Assembly: GCA_039028875.1 (NCBI GenBank)
Contig: JBCCHE010000022.1
Coordinates: forward strand, 5,971-69,970
Source of the DNA: Myxococcota bacterium
GTDB taxonomy: Bacteria > Myxococcota_A > Polyangia > Polyangiales > Houyiibacteriaceae
DNA length: 64,000 nt
Direction of reading: 5' to 3'
In this document: piece by piece, positions 39,654 through 48,480 of the stretch
Layout: every line of letters begins with the position of its first letter
Position numbering within the stretch: position 1 is the stretch's first letter
Notes under the pieces: model-generated
Told to the model about the DNA's origin: nothing
The model's database searches: none
Seen by the model: the letters and a program-made list of their open reading frames with translations, nothing else
Program-made: the position numbers and the translations under genes

Positions 39654-40466
39654 GTGGGCATGATCGCACGACCGAGTGCAACGACCCTCGCACGCGTCCT
39701 GATGGGGCTTGGACGCTCGGAAGCGACAGGGACGCTGGGCATACGGGCTTCGGGGTCCTGCTGTGAGCTCGTTCTCGACGACGGACGCATCGTTGCGGGG
39801 TCTGTTGGCTCGCGCCCTTGGGCGGACGCGCGTGAGGTCGTTCAAGGCCTGGTCGAACTCGGGGCGAGCGAGGGCCTCTCACTCCGTTTCGCGTCGGGTC
39901 GACCAGCAGTCTGCCGCCTGTTGCCGGAGCCCGTGCAAGCTGGGCGCCTCGCGCTCGACCTTGGGCGCTGGAGCGTTCGAGGCCTCGATTCAGACGTCGT
40001 CCGCGCGGAGCTCGGAGAAGGAAGTTATCGGCTGACCGCGCCTGGCGAAAGCCTCGTTGGCAGTCTTCTGCTCGACGCTGAGGAACGCGCGGCCGTGTTC
40101 TGGCTCCGCCGCGGCGTCGACGCTGACGAGGTCCTCGCTCTTCCGGGGTGCGGGCTTGGGAGCCTTCGGTTCGTGTACGCCCTCAAGCTGTTGAGAGCGG
40201 CGTCGCCATCGGGTGGGGGCGCGTACCCGCTCATGCTCCGCAAGCATCGCGAGGTCCGCGCCAACGCGCCTCCCCACGCGCTCCTCGATCTTCCAGCCGA
40301 GGCCAAGGGCAAGGACGCCCGTCGAGCCCTTCGTCGACTGGTTCGCGACCTGCACCCGGATCGGTTCTCGAGCGGTGCCCCCGCCAGGCTTCTCCGCGCC
40401 TCAGGCCAGATCGTCACCGCCTTGGTGTCGGCGGAGGCGCGGGTTTCGGCGCGTCGGCCAAGTTGA
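39654..40466 (+). CDS. J-domain (DnaJ-like) protein with DUF4388/PATAN-like N-terminal region
   Basis: The C-terminal ..ARRALRRLVRDLHPDRF.. contains the J-domain HPD motif. The N-terminal GTLGIRASGSCCELVLDDGRIV resembles DUF4388. Confidence 0.55.
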   Translation: MGMIARPSATTLARVLMGLGRSEATGTLGIRASGSCCELVLDDGRIVAGSVGSRPWADAREVVQGLVELGASEGLSLRFASGRPAVCRLLPEPVQAGRLALDLGRWSVRGLDSDVVRAELGEGSYRLTAPGESLVGSLLLDAEERAAVFWLRRGVDADEVLALPGCGLGSLRFVYALKLLRAASPSGGGAYPLMLRKHREVRANAPPHALLDLPAEAKGKDARRALRRLVRDLHPDRFSSGAPARLLRASGQIVTALVSAEARVSARRPS

Positions 40467-40476
40467 GGCGCGTTGA

Positions 40477-41010
40477 CTACTCGATCCGTCGATGGACACG
40501 GAGGACGCCGTCTGGCTCGAGGGTCCCGTCGACCCGCGGCGTCGCGCGAAGCTCGAACCGTGAGCGAACGTCGTCCGCATCGAGGTCCCCCTCGGCGGAG
40601 AAGACGACAACCCCGTCCCGGGCTTCGCCGCCAAGCTCGCACCCGTCGTCGGTCGGGGTGTAGCGGTAGCTGTAGCGGACCGGACGTTCCGGCTGAAACC
40701 CGAGCGCCTCCCAGGTCGCATGCCCGAGTACGCCGGGCGCTTGAAAGTCGACCGGTTCTGCGTCGACCGTGGGGGCGGCAGGGGTCGGTCCCGCGCCCGA
40801 AGGCAGGCACCGACGCCCCTCCGGCCACTCGGCGGCGTAGTAGCTCGCGGCTCGGGCGCGCATGTCGTGCAACAGCATCGAAGCCTCGAGGATCTTGTTG
40901 GTGCGCACCCGCTGCGCGAACGTCGGGATGAACACTGCGAGCAAGGTCGCTCCAATGGACACGAGAAGTGCTACCTCGAGGAGGCCGAATCTCGGGCGAC
41001 TACGAGCCAC
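40477..41010 (-). CDS. Divergent type IV pilin-like paralog lacking the canonical Gly(-1)
   Basis: GTG start gives VARSRPR/FGLLEVALLVSIGATLLAVFIPTF, with Glu5 present but Arg where Gly(-1) is expected. It shares W.ALGF.P..PVRYSY and EGDLDADD with the three upstream pilins. Confidence 0.5.
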   Translation of the reverse strand: MARSRPRFGLLEVALLVSIGATLLAVFIPTFAQRVRTNKILEASMLLHDMRARAASYYAAEWPEGRRCLPSGAGPTPAAPTVDAEPVDFQAPGVLGHATWEALGFQPERPVRYSYRYTPTDDGCELGGEARDGVVVFSAEGDLDADDVRSRFELRATPRVDGTLEPDGVLRVHRRIE

Positions 41011-41074
41011 GTTCGGGTCACTGTGGTGGCCCCGTTCGACGCACGCAAGTGACGGGTCGAGTTCACCGGGACCC

Positions 41075-41914
41075 CTAGCTAGGGTCGAGCCCGCCGCCGC
41101 TTTCGACCGGGTCGGCGACGAAGAAGTAAAGTCCTGACGGCATGTACGGAAAGTCTGCCTGGCGGCGCTCCTCGAACTCACGGTTCGCGTTCTTGAACGC
41201 CTCGGTGTACGCCTCGTCACGGAGGCGTGAGAGCCGACGCTCGATCTGGAGCTTCACGTCAGGGTCTCGCACGAGGGTGTACATCTCTTCGAGGTGGCGT
41301 TGCTCGCGTTCGGATTGGCCGAGTTTGCTCAGGAGGGTCGCGTTGTTGAGCACGAGCCACTCGGGGCCCTCACCGAGTCGCGCGGCGGCCATCATGTGTT
41401 CGTTGGCCTCGAGCTGCAGCGCCTCACGGGCCGGGTAGTCTTTGGGGAGGCGGGGTAGAAGCTCGTACGCGATCGTGGCGCCCGCGTCCCAAGCGAGCTT
41501 GCCGTTGTCCGGAAAGCGGTCCGTTCCGTCGCGCAGGACCTGGACGGCCCGCTCCAAGAACTCCACAGGGCTGCCCTCGGGGGTATACACGCCTGCGACA
41601 CCGATCCATCGATAGACCCGCTCAAAGTCCGGATCGAGGGTGAGCATGGCATCGCCGTAGTTGAAGACGTGCCTCACAGCGCCGCGGTTCGCGAACTCAT
41701 CACCGAAGTAAACCAGTGCGCGAAGCCAGATCATGTCTGCCAATGCACGCCGATGCCCGAGGCTCATCACCTGGAGCCAAGCCGGTGGGGGCAGATAGTA
41801 GATGTCTTCGTAGTGCTGTGTCTGGAGGTATTGATTCATCGCTTGGCCGCGGAGCCCCCAGACGCCCGCAAGGCATCCGACGAGAACCACGACCGCGACG
41901 ACCTTCTTCACCAC
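41075..41914 (-). CDS. Hypothetical membrane-anchored helical protein inside the pilin locus
   Basis: GTG start gives VVKKVVAVVVLVGCLAGVWGL (N-terminal anchor), then a helical-repeat-like body. The track's longer ORF (to 42403) overlaps pilA out of frame. Confidence 0.55.
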   Translation of the reverse strand: MVKKVVAVVVLVGCLAGVWGLRGQAMNQYLQTQHYEDIYYLPPPAWLQVMSLGHRRALADMIWLRALVYFGDEFANRGAVRHVFNYGDAMLTLDPDFERVYRWIGVAGVYTPEGSPVEFLERAVQVLRDGTDRFPDNGKLAWDAGATIAYELLPRLPKDYPAREALQLEANEHMMAAARLGEGPEWLVLNNATLLSKLGQSEREQRHLEEMYTLVRDPDVKLQIERRLSRLRDEAYTEAFKNANREFEERRQADFPYMPSGLYFFVADPVESGGGLDPS

Positions 41915-41950
41915 GCGCGTAGTATAGAAGTTTGGACCGCCGGAGCCCCT

Positions 41951-41988
41951 TAAACGGCAAAGGCCGCGACGGTTGCCGCGGCCTTGCC
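41951..41988 (-). terminator. Rho-independent terminator downstream of pilA
   Basis: On the minus strand: GGCAAGGCCGCG-gcaaccgt-CGCGGCCTTTGCC followed by GTTTA. 12-bp GC-rich stem with a 1-nt bulge, 20 nt after the pilA stop. Confidence 0.6.
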
Positions 41989-42008
41989 TGCTTTCGCTCC
42001 GGTCGATG

Positions 42009-42569
42009 TTACTCGAGGGCGCTGTTCGTGAAGATGCCAGGCGCGCGGAAGAGCGCGTTGTCCGGGTTCGAACCCGCGGCAAGCTGGAAGGTCGACTCGG
42101 CGTTGTCCCCGTCGAGGTCACCGTTCGCGGTGAAGGTGTAGACCTCGTTGTCGTTCGCGCCGTTGCCACAGCCGGGCGTGTTGGCGGTGATGTCGTAGGC
42201 GAAGTAGAGCGGATCAGCCGGCGCAAAGTTGAGCGCGGTGTACTCGGCAGCTTCCGAGGACCAGTCCGGGACGTACTTCTCATCATCGGGCGACCAGCTG
42301 GCGGCGGCGGACGACACAACACAGTGCGTCGACGCGGCGGCGGTTGCGGCGGCGCTGACGACCCCCTGGCTCCAGTTCTCCTGCTCGTAGTAAGCGGCCG
42401 CACCCTGGAACATCGACTTGAGGTTCGCGCCGGCCTCCGAGGTCTTCGAACGCTTCACGTAGTTGATGAACGCCGGAATCGCGATCGCGGCGAGAATGCC
42501 GATGATGGCGACAACGATCATCAGCTCGATGAGGGTGAATCCCTCTTTCTTCGAGAGTAGCTTGTTCAT
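42009..42569 (-). CDS. pilA: Type IV major pilin PilA
   Basis: [46 protein letters not shown] is a class III prepilin signal with Gly(-1), Phe1 and Glu5. RBS GGAAAGGAAA. Confidence 0.9.
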   Translation of the reverse strand: MNKLLSKKEGFTLIELMIVVAIIGILAAIAIPAFINYVKRSKTSEAGANLKSMFQGAAAYYEQENWSQGVVSAAATAAASTHCVVSSAAASWSPDDEKYVPDWSSEAAEYTALNFAPADPLYFAYDITANTPGCGNGANDNEVYTFTANGDLDGDNAESTFQLAAGSNPDNALFRAPGIFTNSALE

Positions 42570-42627
42570 TTCGTTAGTTTCCTTTCCCCCGGGCAGCTCG
42601 CCCGCATAATCTGAGTCCCCAAGAGCA

Positions 42628-42644
42628 ATGCAACGCCCGTGCCG
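42628..42644 (-). promoter_or_regulatory. Sigma-54 (-24/-12) promoter candidate for pilA
   Basis: Minus strand reads cGGCACgggcgTTGCAtt (GGCAC = 42643-42639, TTGCA = 42633-42629), about 60 nt upstream of the pilA ATG. Confidence 0.6.
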
Positions 42645-42743
42645 ACGTGCCCAACCCTTGAAATCGTTGGTGATTATGAGAAACAGGGTGCCGAAAGTGG
42701 GCCCCGGGAGACAGTTTTCGTCACCGGAAGGTGACCAAAAACG

Positions 42744-43253
42744 TCACTCCCAGCCGCCTTTTGCAGTGGCACTGTTATAGATGTGGTTTGACTGGGAGTA
42801 GATCTCGAGGTCGAACGTGGTGCCGTCTTCGTCGAGGTCCCCACGCGCACGCGCCATGAACCAATGGTCATCGTCGTCGAGGTTGCTCCCACTCGGGGCC
42901 GAATCGACGCCCGCGAGCCCCGCGATGGTGCAGTAGCTGAACCGGGTGGGGCCGTCGGGCGCGGCGCCGAGTGCGGACCACTCGGCCGTCGTGCTCCAAG
43001 CCACCGGGTCCGAACCCGGGATGGTCGAAGGATGAAAATCGGTGAGCGAGCTGCTGACCTTGGCGTACCGCCCGAACTCGTCGCGGTACGACTCCTGGCG
43101 CTGCTTGATCTCCCCGAGGAAGGTGGTCGCCTCGCTCAGACGGGCTTTGTAGATGTACGACTGGAAGCCGGGAATCGCGAGCGTGGCGAGCACGCCGATG
43201 ATCACGATGGCGATCATGAGCTCGGTAACGGTGAAGCCTTGGCGTCGTTTCAT
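42744..43253 (-). CDS. Type IV pilin-like protein (paralog 2)
   Basis: MKRRQG/FTVTELMIAIVIIGVLATLAIPGF prepilin signal. ATGA overlap with the upstream paralog. C-terminal ARGDLDEDG motif. Confidence 0.8.
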   Translation of the reverse strand: MKRRQGFTVTELMIAIVIIGVLATLAIPGFQSYIYKARLSEATTFLGEIKQRQESYRDEFGRYAKVSSSLTDFHPSTIPGSDPVAWSTTAEWSALGAAPDGPTRFSYCTIAGLAGVDSAPSGSNLDDDDHWFMARARGDLDEDGTTFDLEIYSQSNHIYNSATAKGGWE

Positions 43254-43789
43254 TCGTAACCCCCTTGCCCAGCGGCGCTGTTGTACATGCGCGAAGACTG
43301 GGAATACACCTCGAAGGTCACGGTATCGCCGTCGCCGTCGAGGTCGCCGCGGGCCTGCGCCGCGAACCAAAAATCATCGTCGTTCATATTGCTCGAGGGG
43401 GGAGGGGGCGTTCCGGGTAGCCCCGCCACGGTGGCGTACTGGAACCGAACCGGTCCTGGTGGTGTGACCCCGAGTGCTTCCCAGTTGGCGGTCGATGGCC
43501 AAGCAACGGGGTTTTGCCCCGGAATGGACGCTGGGTTGAAGACCGCCGTGTTCCAGGCGCCCGCGCCGCTCACCGCTGCGTACTGCCCGTACTTGGCGCG
43601 GTACGACTCTTGACGGGCCTTGATCTCGTTCAGCATGGTGACCGCTTCGCTCACCCGCGCCCGGTAGACGTAGCCCTTGAATGACGGGACGGCGAGGGCC
43701 GCGAGGATCCCGACGATGACCACACCGATGAGGAGTTCCATGGTGGTGAAACCCGCGTTCGACCGTGATCCTAGGGAAGCCATCGTCAT
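43250..43789 (-). CDS. Type IV pilin-like protein (paralog 3)
   Basis: MTMASLGSRSNAG/FTTMELLIGVVIVGILAALAVPSF. Collinear with paralog 2 along its whole length. Starts 6 nt after the pilR-like stop. Confidence 0.8.
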   Translation of the reverse strand: MTMASLGSRSNAGFTTMELLIGVVIVGILAALAVPSFKGYVYRARVSEAVTMLNEIKARQESYRAKYGQYAAVSGAGAWNTAVFNPASIPGQNPVAWPSTANWEALGVTPPGPVRFQYATVAGLPGTPPPPSSNMNDDDFWFAAQARGDLDGDGDTVTFEVYSQSSRMYNSAAGQGGYE

Positions 43790-43795
43790 ACTATA

Positions 43796-45181
43796 TCAAT
43801 CGGTCGCGGCGTCGCCCACCTCGGGGGCGATGTGTTTGGCGAGTCTGTAACGGAACTGACGGAAACTCATGCCAAGCAACTCGGCTGCCTTCTTTCGGAC
43901 GCCCCCGGCCTGATCGAGGGCGCGGAGCAGAAGCTCTTTTTCGACCTGGGTCAGGTACTCGTCGAGTTCGAAGCGGCCCTCGGGGATCTGTGAGAGGGCG
44001 ACTCTGCGCTTGGACGGGTGGCTATCGCCGAGGTCTTCGCGGGTGACCAACGCCCCTGCGGCCAGCGTCACCCCACGCTCGATGGTGTTTTCGAGCTCGC
44101 GCACGTTCCCGCCGAATGGCTGCTGTGCGAGCCAGCGGACCGCTTCGGGCGCCAGCTCGAGTCGGCGATCTTGAAGTGCCGCGTGCCTTCGAAGGAAGTA
44201 CTCGGCGAGTACGGGGATGTCTTCGGGCCGCTCACGAAGGGGCGGCACCTCGATCCGAATGACGTTCAGTCGATAGAAGAGGTCTTCGCGGAATCCGCCG
44301 GACTCGACCTCCGCTTCGACATCGCGGTTCGTCGCCGCCAGCACGCGGACATCGACCTCCACTTCTTCGCTACCTCCGACGGGCCGGACGGTGCGGTCCT
44401 GAAGCACCCGAAGCAGCTTCACCTGGAGTGGCGGGGGCAGCTCTCCGACTTCGTCGAGAAACAAGGTGCCACCGTCGGCAGCTCGAAAGAGCCCCTCTTT
44501 GGCCGACGTCGCGCCGGTGAACGCACCCTTGACGTGACCGAAGAGCTCGCTTTCGATGAGGTTCTCCGGAACCGCGCCGCAGTTCAGCACCACGAACGGG
44601 TCGTCCGCGCGCGGGCTCTGGAAGTGAAGGGCGCGCGCGACCATCTCTTTGCCGGTCCCACTCTCGCCCGTGATCAACACGCTCGTGGTCGCGCCTGCCA
44701 CACGCTTCACGAGATCGCGCAGGCCTTGCATGGTCGCGCTCTTGCCGATCAGCTGGCCCTCGGTCCAGCGCGACTTCACTTGCTCGCGGAGCGTTTCGTT
44801 GTCGGCGACAATCGCGCGCTTCTCGAGCGCCTTTTCGAGCGTGGCGAGAAGTTCGTGATTCTTGAAGGGCTTTTGGACGTAGTCATAGGCGCCTTTGCGC
44901 ATGGCTTCGACCGCCTGCTCGGTGGTGGCGTACGCCGTGATCATCACGATCTGTGTGTCCGTCGCACGGGCGCGGACGGCTTCGAGGACTTCCATCCCAC
45001 TCCCGTCCGGCATCGCGAGGTCAGTGATGACTGCGTCGTACGGGTCGGCGCTCCCGAGCTGGTCACGCGCCGCGTGCACGCCGTCGACCGAATCGACTTC
45101 GTACCCCTCGCGCCGCAGGAGAATCTGCAGCATCTCCCGAAGGCCTGCTTCGTCGTCACAGACAAGAATGCGCGCTGCCAC
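43796..45181 (-). CDS. pilR: Sigma-54-dependent response regulator (NtrC/PilR type)
   Basis: Receiver domain ([16 protein letters not shown]), AAA+ domain ([14 protein letters not shown] sigma-54 contact loop) and a C-terminal Fis-type HTH. Its position upstream of the pilins supports the PilR assignment. Confidence 0.85.
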   Translation of the reverse strand: MAARILVCDDEAGLREMLQILLRREGYEVDSVDGVHAARDQLGSADPYDAVITDLAMPDGSGMEVLEAVRARATDTQIVMITAYATTEQAVEAMRKGAYDYVQKPFKNHELLATLEKALEKRAIVADNETLREQVKSRWTEGQLIGKSATMQGLRDLVKRVAGATTSVLITGESGTGKEMVARALHFQSPRADDPFVVLNCGAVPENLIESELFGHVKGAFTGATSAKEGLFRAADGGTLFLDEVGELPPPLQVKLLRVLQDRTVRPVGGSEEVEVDVRVLAATNRDVEAEVESGGFREDLFYRLNVIRIEVPPLRERPEDIPVLAEYFLRRHAALQDRRLELAPEAVRWLAQQPFGGNVRELENTIERGVTLAAGALVTREDLGDSHPSKRRVALSQIPEGRFELDEYLTQVEKELLLRALDQAGGVRKKAAELLGMSFRQFRYRLAKHIAPEVGDAATD

Positions 45182-45241
45182 CGGTTAACCCCCCAAATAC
45201 ATCCTACGTGATCTCGCCGGAGGGGCCACGAGAGTTGCGGT

Positions 45242-45526
45242 TCAGCTGAATCCCGCGCGTCGTCCGCTGGCACCCGAAGGCGGCTTTACTGAAACACCGT
45301 GTAGGCTGCTGTATTCCAAGAAGTAGACTGCGCGATGCTCCCCGGAGGTGGCCACGCAAAACCCCTCTTCCAGCCGTAGGCTGAGCACCTCGGAGACCTG
45401 CATCCCTTGTCCAGGTTCCCCGACATACACGGACACGCGATGGCCCTCCTGAACGGTAAACTCATCGCCTTCTCGTTCGACTCCGGGAGCCGAGTGGAGC
45501 ATCGCCTCGAGCGTAGGTCGTTCCAT
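45242..45526 (-). CDS. Small hypothetical protein
   Basis: ATG at 45526 gives 94 aa (MERPTLEAMLHSAPGVEREGDEFTVQEG..). Coding-like composition, no recognisable domain. Confidence 0.4.
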   Translation of the reverse strand: MERPTLEAMLHSAPGVEREGDEFTVQEGHRVSVYVGEPGQGMQVSEVLSLRLEEGFCVATSGEHRAVYFLEYSSLHGVSVKPPSGASGRRAGFS

Positions 45527-45590
45527 GCGGCGCAACTGTGACGCGGCCTGGCGGCTGGTCAAGCCATGGGGTTCGCGGTACGCCGCTCCG

Positions 45591-46142
45591 ATGGCTGGCG
45601 ACGAGGATGAGCTCTGGGAAAGCGAAGTCCTGGTGAGCGATGCGATTGGACGCTTGATCGAGTTCTGGGGCTTCAAACGGAACATGGGCCGCCTGTGGGC
45701 GATTCTCTACCTGTCCGAGTCACCGCTGAGCGCGCCCGAGCTACAGGCTCGCCTTCGGTTGAGCAGCGGCGCGGTCTCGATGACCCTCACCGAACTGATG
45801 CGGTGGGGCGTCGTCAAGAAGGTGTGGCTGCAAGGCGAGCGGCGGGATCACTTCGAGGCGGAGGGCAACTTCTGGAAGATGATCTCCCGTGTGTTCAACG
45901 AGCGCGAGCGCGTCGAGATTCTCGATGCGATCGACGCGATGCGTGACGCATTGCGGTACGTCGGTGACAAGCGCGAAATCGCGGAGGCCCGTTCGCGCGC
46001 AGACTTCCAACGCGAGAGAATCCGAGAGCTGCTCGATCTGGCGCAGATCGGCAAACAGCTACTGGACGCTCTGGTCAAAGACGCCAAAGTCGATGGGACG
46101 CCGTTGATGAAAGTGCTTCTCGGCGGAAACGATCGGTCGTAG
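45591..46142 (+). CDS. GbsR/MarR-family winged-helix transcriptional regulator
   Basis: IEFWGFKRNMGRLWAILYLSESPLSAPELQARLRLSSGAVSMTLTELMRWGVV is a GbsR-type wHTH. Confidence 0.7.
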   Translation: MAGDEDELWESEVLVSDAIGRLIEFWGFKRNMGRLWAILYLSESPLSAPELQARLRLSSGAVSMTLTELMRWGVVKKVWLQGERRDHFEAEGNFWKMISRVFNERERVEILDAIDAMRDALRYVGDKREIAEARSRADFQRERIRELLDLAQIGKQLLDALVKDAKVDGTPLMKVLLGGNDRS

Positions 46143-46153
46143 AAAGGAGCCCG

Positions 46154-47476
46154 ATGGATCCCGTTGCCACCCCATTGTCCCTGCGTTGCGGGGCAACCAT
46201 CCCGAACCGACTCTGCAAAGCGGCGATGACCGAAGGGCTCGCCGACGCCAATGACAATGCATCGGAGCGCCTGGCGACCCTGTATGGCCGATGGTCGGAC
46301 GGCGGCGCAGGGCTCCTCGTGACGGGGAACGTCATGGTCGACCGACGCTTTCTCGAGCGCCCGGGGAACGTGGTCGTCGATGACAACGGCGGCTTCGACG
46401 CGCTCCGGCGAATGGCGCAAGCGTCGACGCGCAGCGGCAACCATTGCTGGATGCAGATCAATCATCCGGGTCGGCAGTGCATGCGCGTCTCGAGCAACCA
46501 CCCCGTGGCGCCGTCGTCGGTCAAGTTGAAGGGCATGCTCGGGCTGGCGGCGCGCCCGCGGGCTCTCGACGTCAGCGAGATCCGAGAGATCATCCGGGCC
46601 TTCGCGCGTGTTGCCAAGGCGGCCAAGGATGCGGGCTTTACCGGCGTACAGCTGCATTCGGCCCATGGCTACCTCTCGAGTCAGTTTCTCTCGCCCTACA
46701 CCAATCGGCGGACGGACGAGTGGGGCGGCTCGCTCGAGAACCGGGCCCGCTTCCTGCTCGAGACCTATCGGGCGATGCGAGAGGCCGTCGGGTCGGACTT
46801 TCCCGTGGCCGCCAAGCTCAACTCCTCCGATTTCCAAAAGGGCGGATTCAGCAACGAAGAGTCGGCGCAGGTCGCGCGCTGGCTCTGCGACGAAGGCCTC
46901 GACTTGCTCGAGATTTCCGGCGGAACTTACGAGCAAATGGCACTTTTCGGTCGGCCTGCGGAAGGTGAAAAGAAGGCGGAGAGCACCCTTCGCCGCGAGG
47001 CCTACTTCCTCGAGTATGCCCGCAACATCCGCCAAGCCGCCCGGGACGTGCCCCTGATGGTGACCGGGGGCTTTCGGACGGTCTCGCTCATTCGGCAGGT
47101 GGTGGAGTCGGGGGAGGTCGACATGGTGGGGCTCGGCCGACCGTTCTGCGTCATGCCTGACCTCGGGGCGAAGCTCCTGGCCGGCGCGATCGACGAGCTG
47201 CCCGCGCCCGAAAAGGACCGACGGCTCGGGCCTGGGATCTTCGGGCCGGTGAGCCCCCTGCGTCCGCTCCGCTCGCTCAATGGGCAGGCCGAGGTCGCTT
47301 GGTTCTACCGGCAGATCATCGCGCTCAGCGAGGGCCGCGACCCGGACCTCGGGCTTGGAACGTGGGGGGCGCTGATGGCGCACCTCGGCGGCGAACTCGG
47401 TGTGGCTCGTCAACGTGCGTTTCGCCCTCCGGCCGCGGCGCTGCCCGCGCCTGACGAAAGGCAAGTCGATGCGTAG
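46154..47476 (+). CDS. NADH:flavin oxidoreductase (Old Yellow Enzyme family)
   Basis: HSAHGYLSSQFLSPYTNRRTDEWGGSLENRARF is the OYE TIM-barrel signature. 440 aa. Confidence 0.85.
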   Translation: MDPVATPLSLRCGATIPNRLCKAAMTEGLADANDNASERLATLYGRWSDGGAGLLVTGNVMVDRRFLERPGNVVVDDNGGFDALRRMAQASTRSGNHCWMQINHPGRQCMRVSSNHPVAPSSVKLKGMLGLAARPRALDVSEIREIIRAFARVAKAAKDAGFTGVQLHSAHGYLSSQFLSPYTNRRTDEWGGSLENRARFLLETYRAMREAVGSDFPVAAKLNSSDFQKGGFSNEESAQVARWLCDEGLDLLEISGGTYEQMALFGRPAEGEKKAESTLRREAYFLEYARNIRQAARDVPLMVTGGFRTVSLIRQVVESGEVDMVGLGRPFCVMPDLGAKLLAGAIDELPAPEKDRRLGPGIFGPVSPLRPLRSLNGQAEVAWFYRQIIALSEGRDPDLGLGTWGALMAHLGGELGVARQRAFRPPAAALPAPDERQVDA

Positions 47477-48449
47477 GGCGGTTGTGACCGTGCTGGTGCT
47501 GACGGCCCTCACATCGTGCTCCGGTGCAAGCGACGATCCGGTTGCACCTGGCGAGGCATCGGTCTCGTTCACGTGGCTCGGGGTCACCCATTGGCTCGTT
47601 CAGCACCAAGACAAAACGATTTTGCTCGACGCCTACTTCAGTCGTCCCGCGCCTGATGTCACAGAACCCACAGAAGAGGGCCTCGACCTCATGCAGCGCG
47701 TTCTCGACGCGGCTGGCGTCGATACCATCGACTTGATCCTGGTTGGCCACAGTCACTTCGACCACGCCGTCGACTGCGGTGCCGTGGCCCTGCGCACAGG
47801 CGCGCAGGTGGTCGGGACCCAGACGACGTGCCTCGTGGCGGAGGCCGAGGGGCTCCCCTCCGAACGATGCACCATCGTTGGGACAGGCGATCGAGTCGAC
47901 ATCGATGGCGTCTCGATCCGAACGATCCGGACCATTCACTCAAACCCGACCGGGATCGGCTTGTTCGATGAGCTCGACAGGCCGCCGAGCAACGTGTTCA
48001 ACGTCCCGATCGGCGGGGTCGTCAGCTTCCTCATTGACTTTGGTGACGACCTCACCGTCCTCTATCAAAATTCGATCGGGCCGCTCGACGGCGACGACTC
48101 GTCCCTCGAAGACTATGCGGCCAATCTAGAGGCGGTTCTCGGCGATGCCCCCGACACCACACTGTGGTTGTCGCCCGTTGGGTTCCTGTCGGATGCCGCT
48201 GAGCTCACCGAGTACTACGACCGTGTTCGGCCCCGGTTCGTTTTGGCGCATCACTGGGATGGCCTAACCCCCGACATCGAGGCGGGAACCGTCACCTCGT
48301 TCCAGCCGTCGACGGCGGTCACCGAAGCCACGGAGGCCGCGGGCGCAGCGCTCTCGACGCCCGACCAGTACTTCGACCGTTTCGTACTCACGCCGGACGC
48401 TTTGGTCCGCAGCGACGAGGCACCGGTCCGGGACGCGTTCGGCCTCTAG
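47469..48449 (+). CDS. MBL-fold hydrolase lipoprotein
   Basis: MRRAVVTVLVLTALTSCSG lipobox and the LILVGHSHFDHAVDCG metal motif. The start overlaps the upstream stop (ATGCGTAG). Confidence 0.65.
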   Translation: MRRAVVTVLVLTALTSCSGASDDPVAPGEASVSFTWLGVTHWLVQHQDKTILLDAYFSRPAPDVTEPTEEGLDLMQRVLDAAGVDTIDLILVGHSHFDHAVDCGAVALRTGAQVVGTQTTCLVAEAEGLPSERCTIVGTGDRVDIDGVSIRTIRTIHSNPTGIGLFDELDRPPSNVFNVPIGGVVSFLIDFGDDLTVLYQNSIGPLDGDDSSLEDYAANLEAVLGDAPDTTLWLSPVGFLSDAAELTEYYDRVRPRFVLAHHWDGLTPDIEAGTVTSFQPSTAVTEATEAAGAALSTPDQYFDRFVLTPDALVRSDEAPVRDAFGL

Positions 48450-48480
48450 TCATCCTCAACCCGGCGCGACGACAGCGCAC

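Noticed and set aside
42064-42077. tRNA T-arm-like sequence gggttcgaacccgc.
   Set aside because: It lies inside the pilA coding region and lacks any acceptor, D or anticodon arm context. No tRNA cloverleaf can be drawn.
41915-42403. N-terminal 163 codons of the 442-aa track ORF (41075..42403), which would overlap pilA on the same strand.
   Set aside because: This part is Arg/Pro/Ser/Thr-rich with no protein-like pattern and overlaps the well-supported pilA gene and its terminator out of frame. A GTG at 41914/41911 gives a sensible membrane-anchor N-terminus. It is a high-GC open-frame artefact.
45848-47587. Long antisense ORFs, such as the 579-aa ORF opposite the OYE gene. Others: 6262..7248 and 7318..8361 opposite carB, 23577..24620, 1808..2572, 10628..11617, 58964..59665 and 61280..62395.
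   Set aside because: All mirror a strongly supported gene on the other strand. They have extreme Arg/Gly/Pro composition and no recognisable motifs. Such frames stay open by chance in high-GC DNA.
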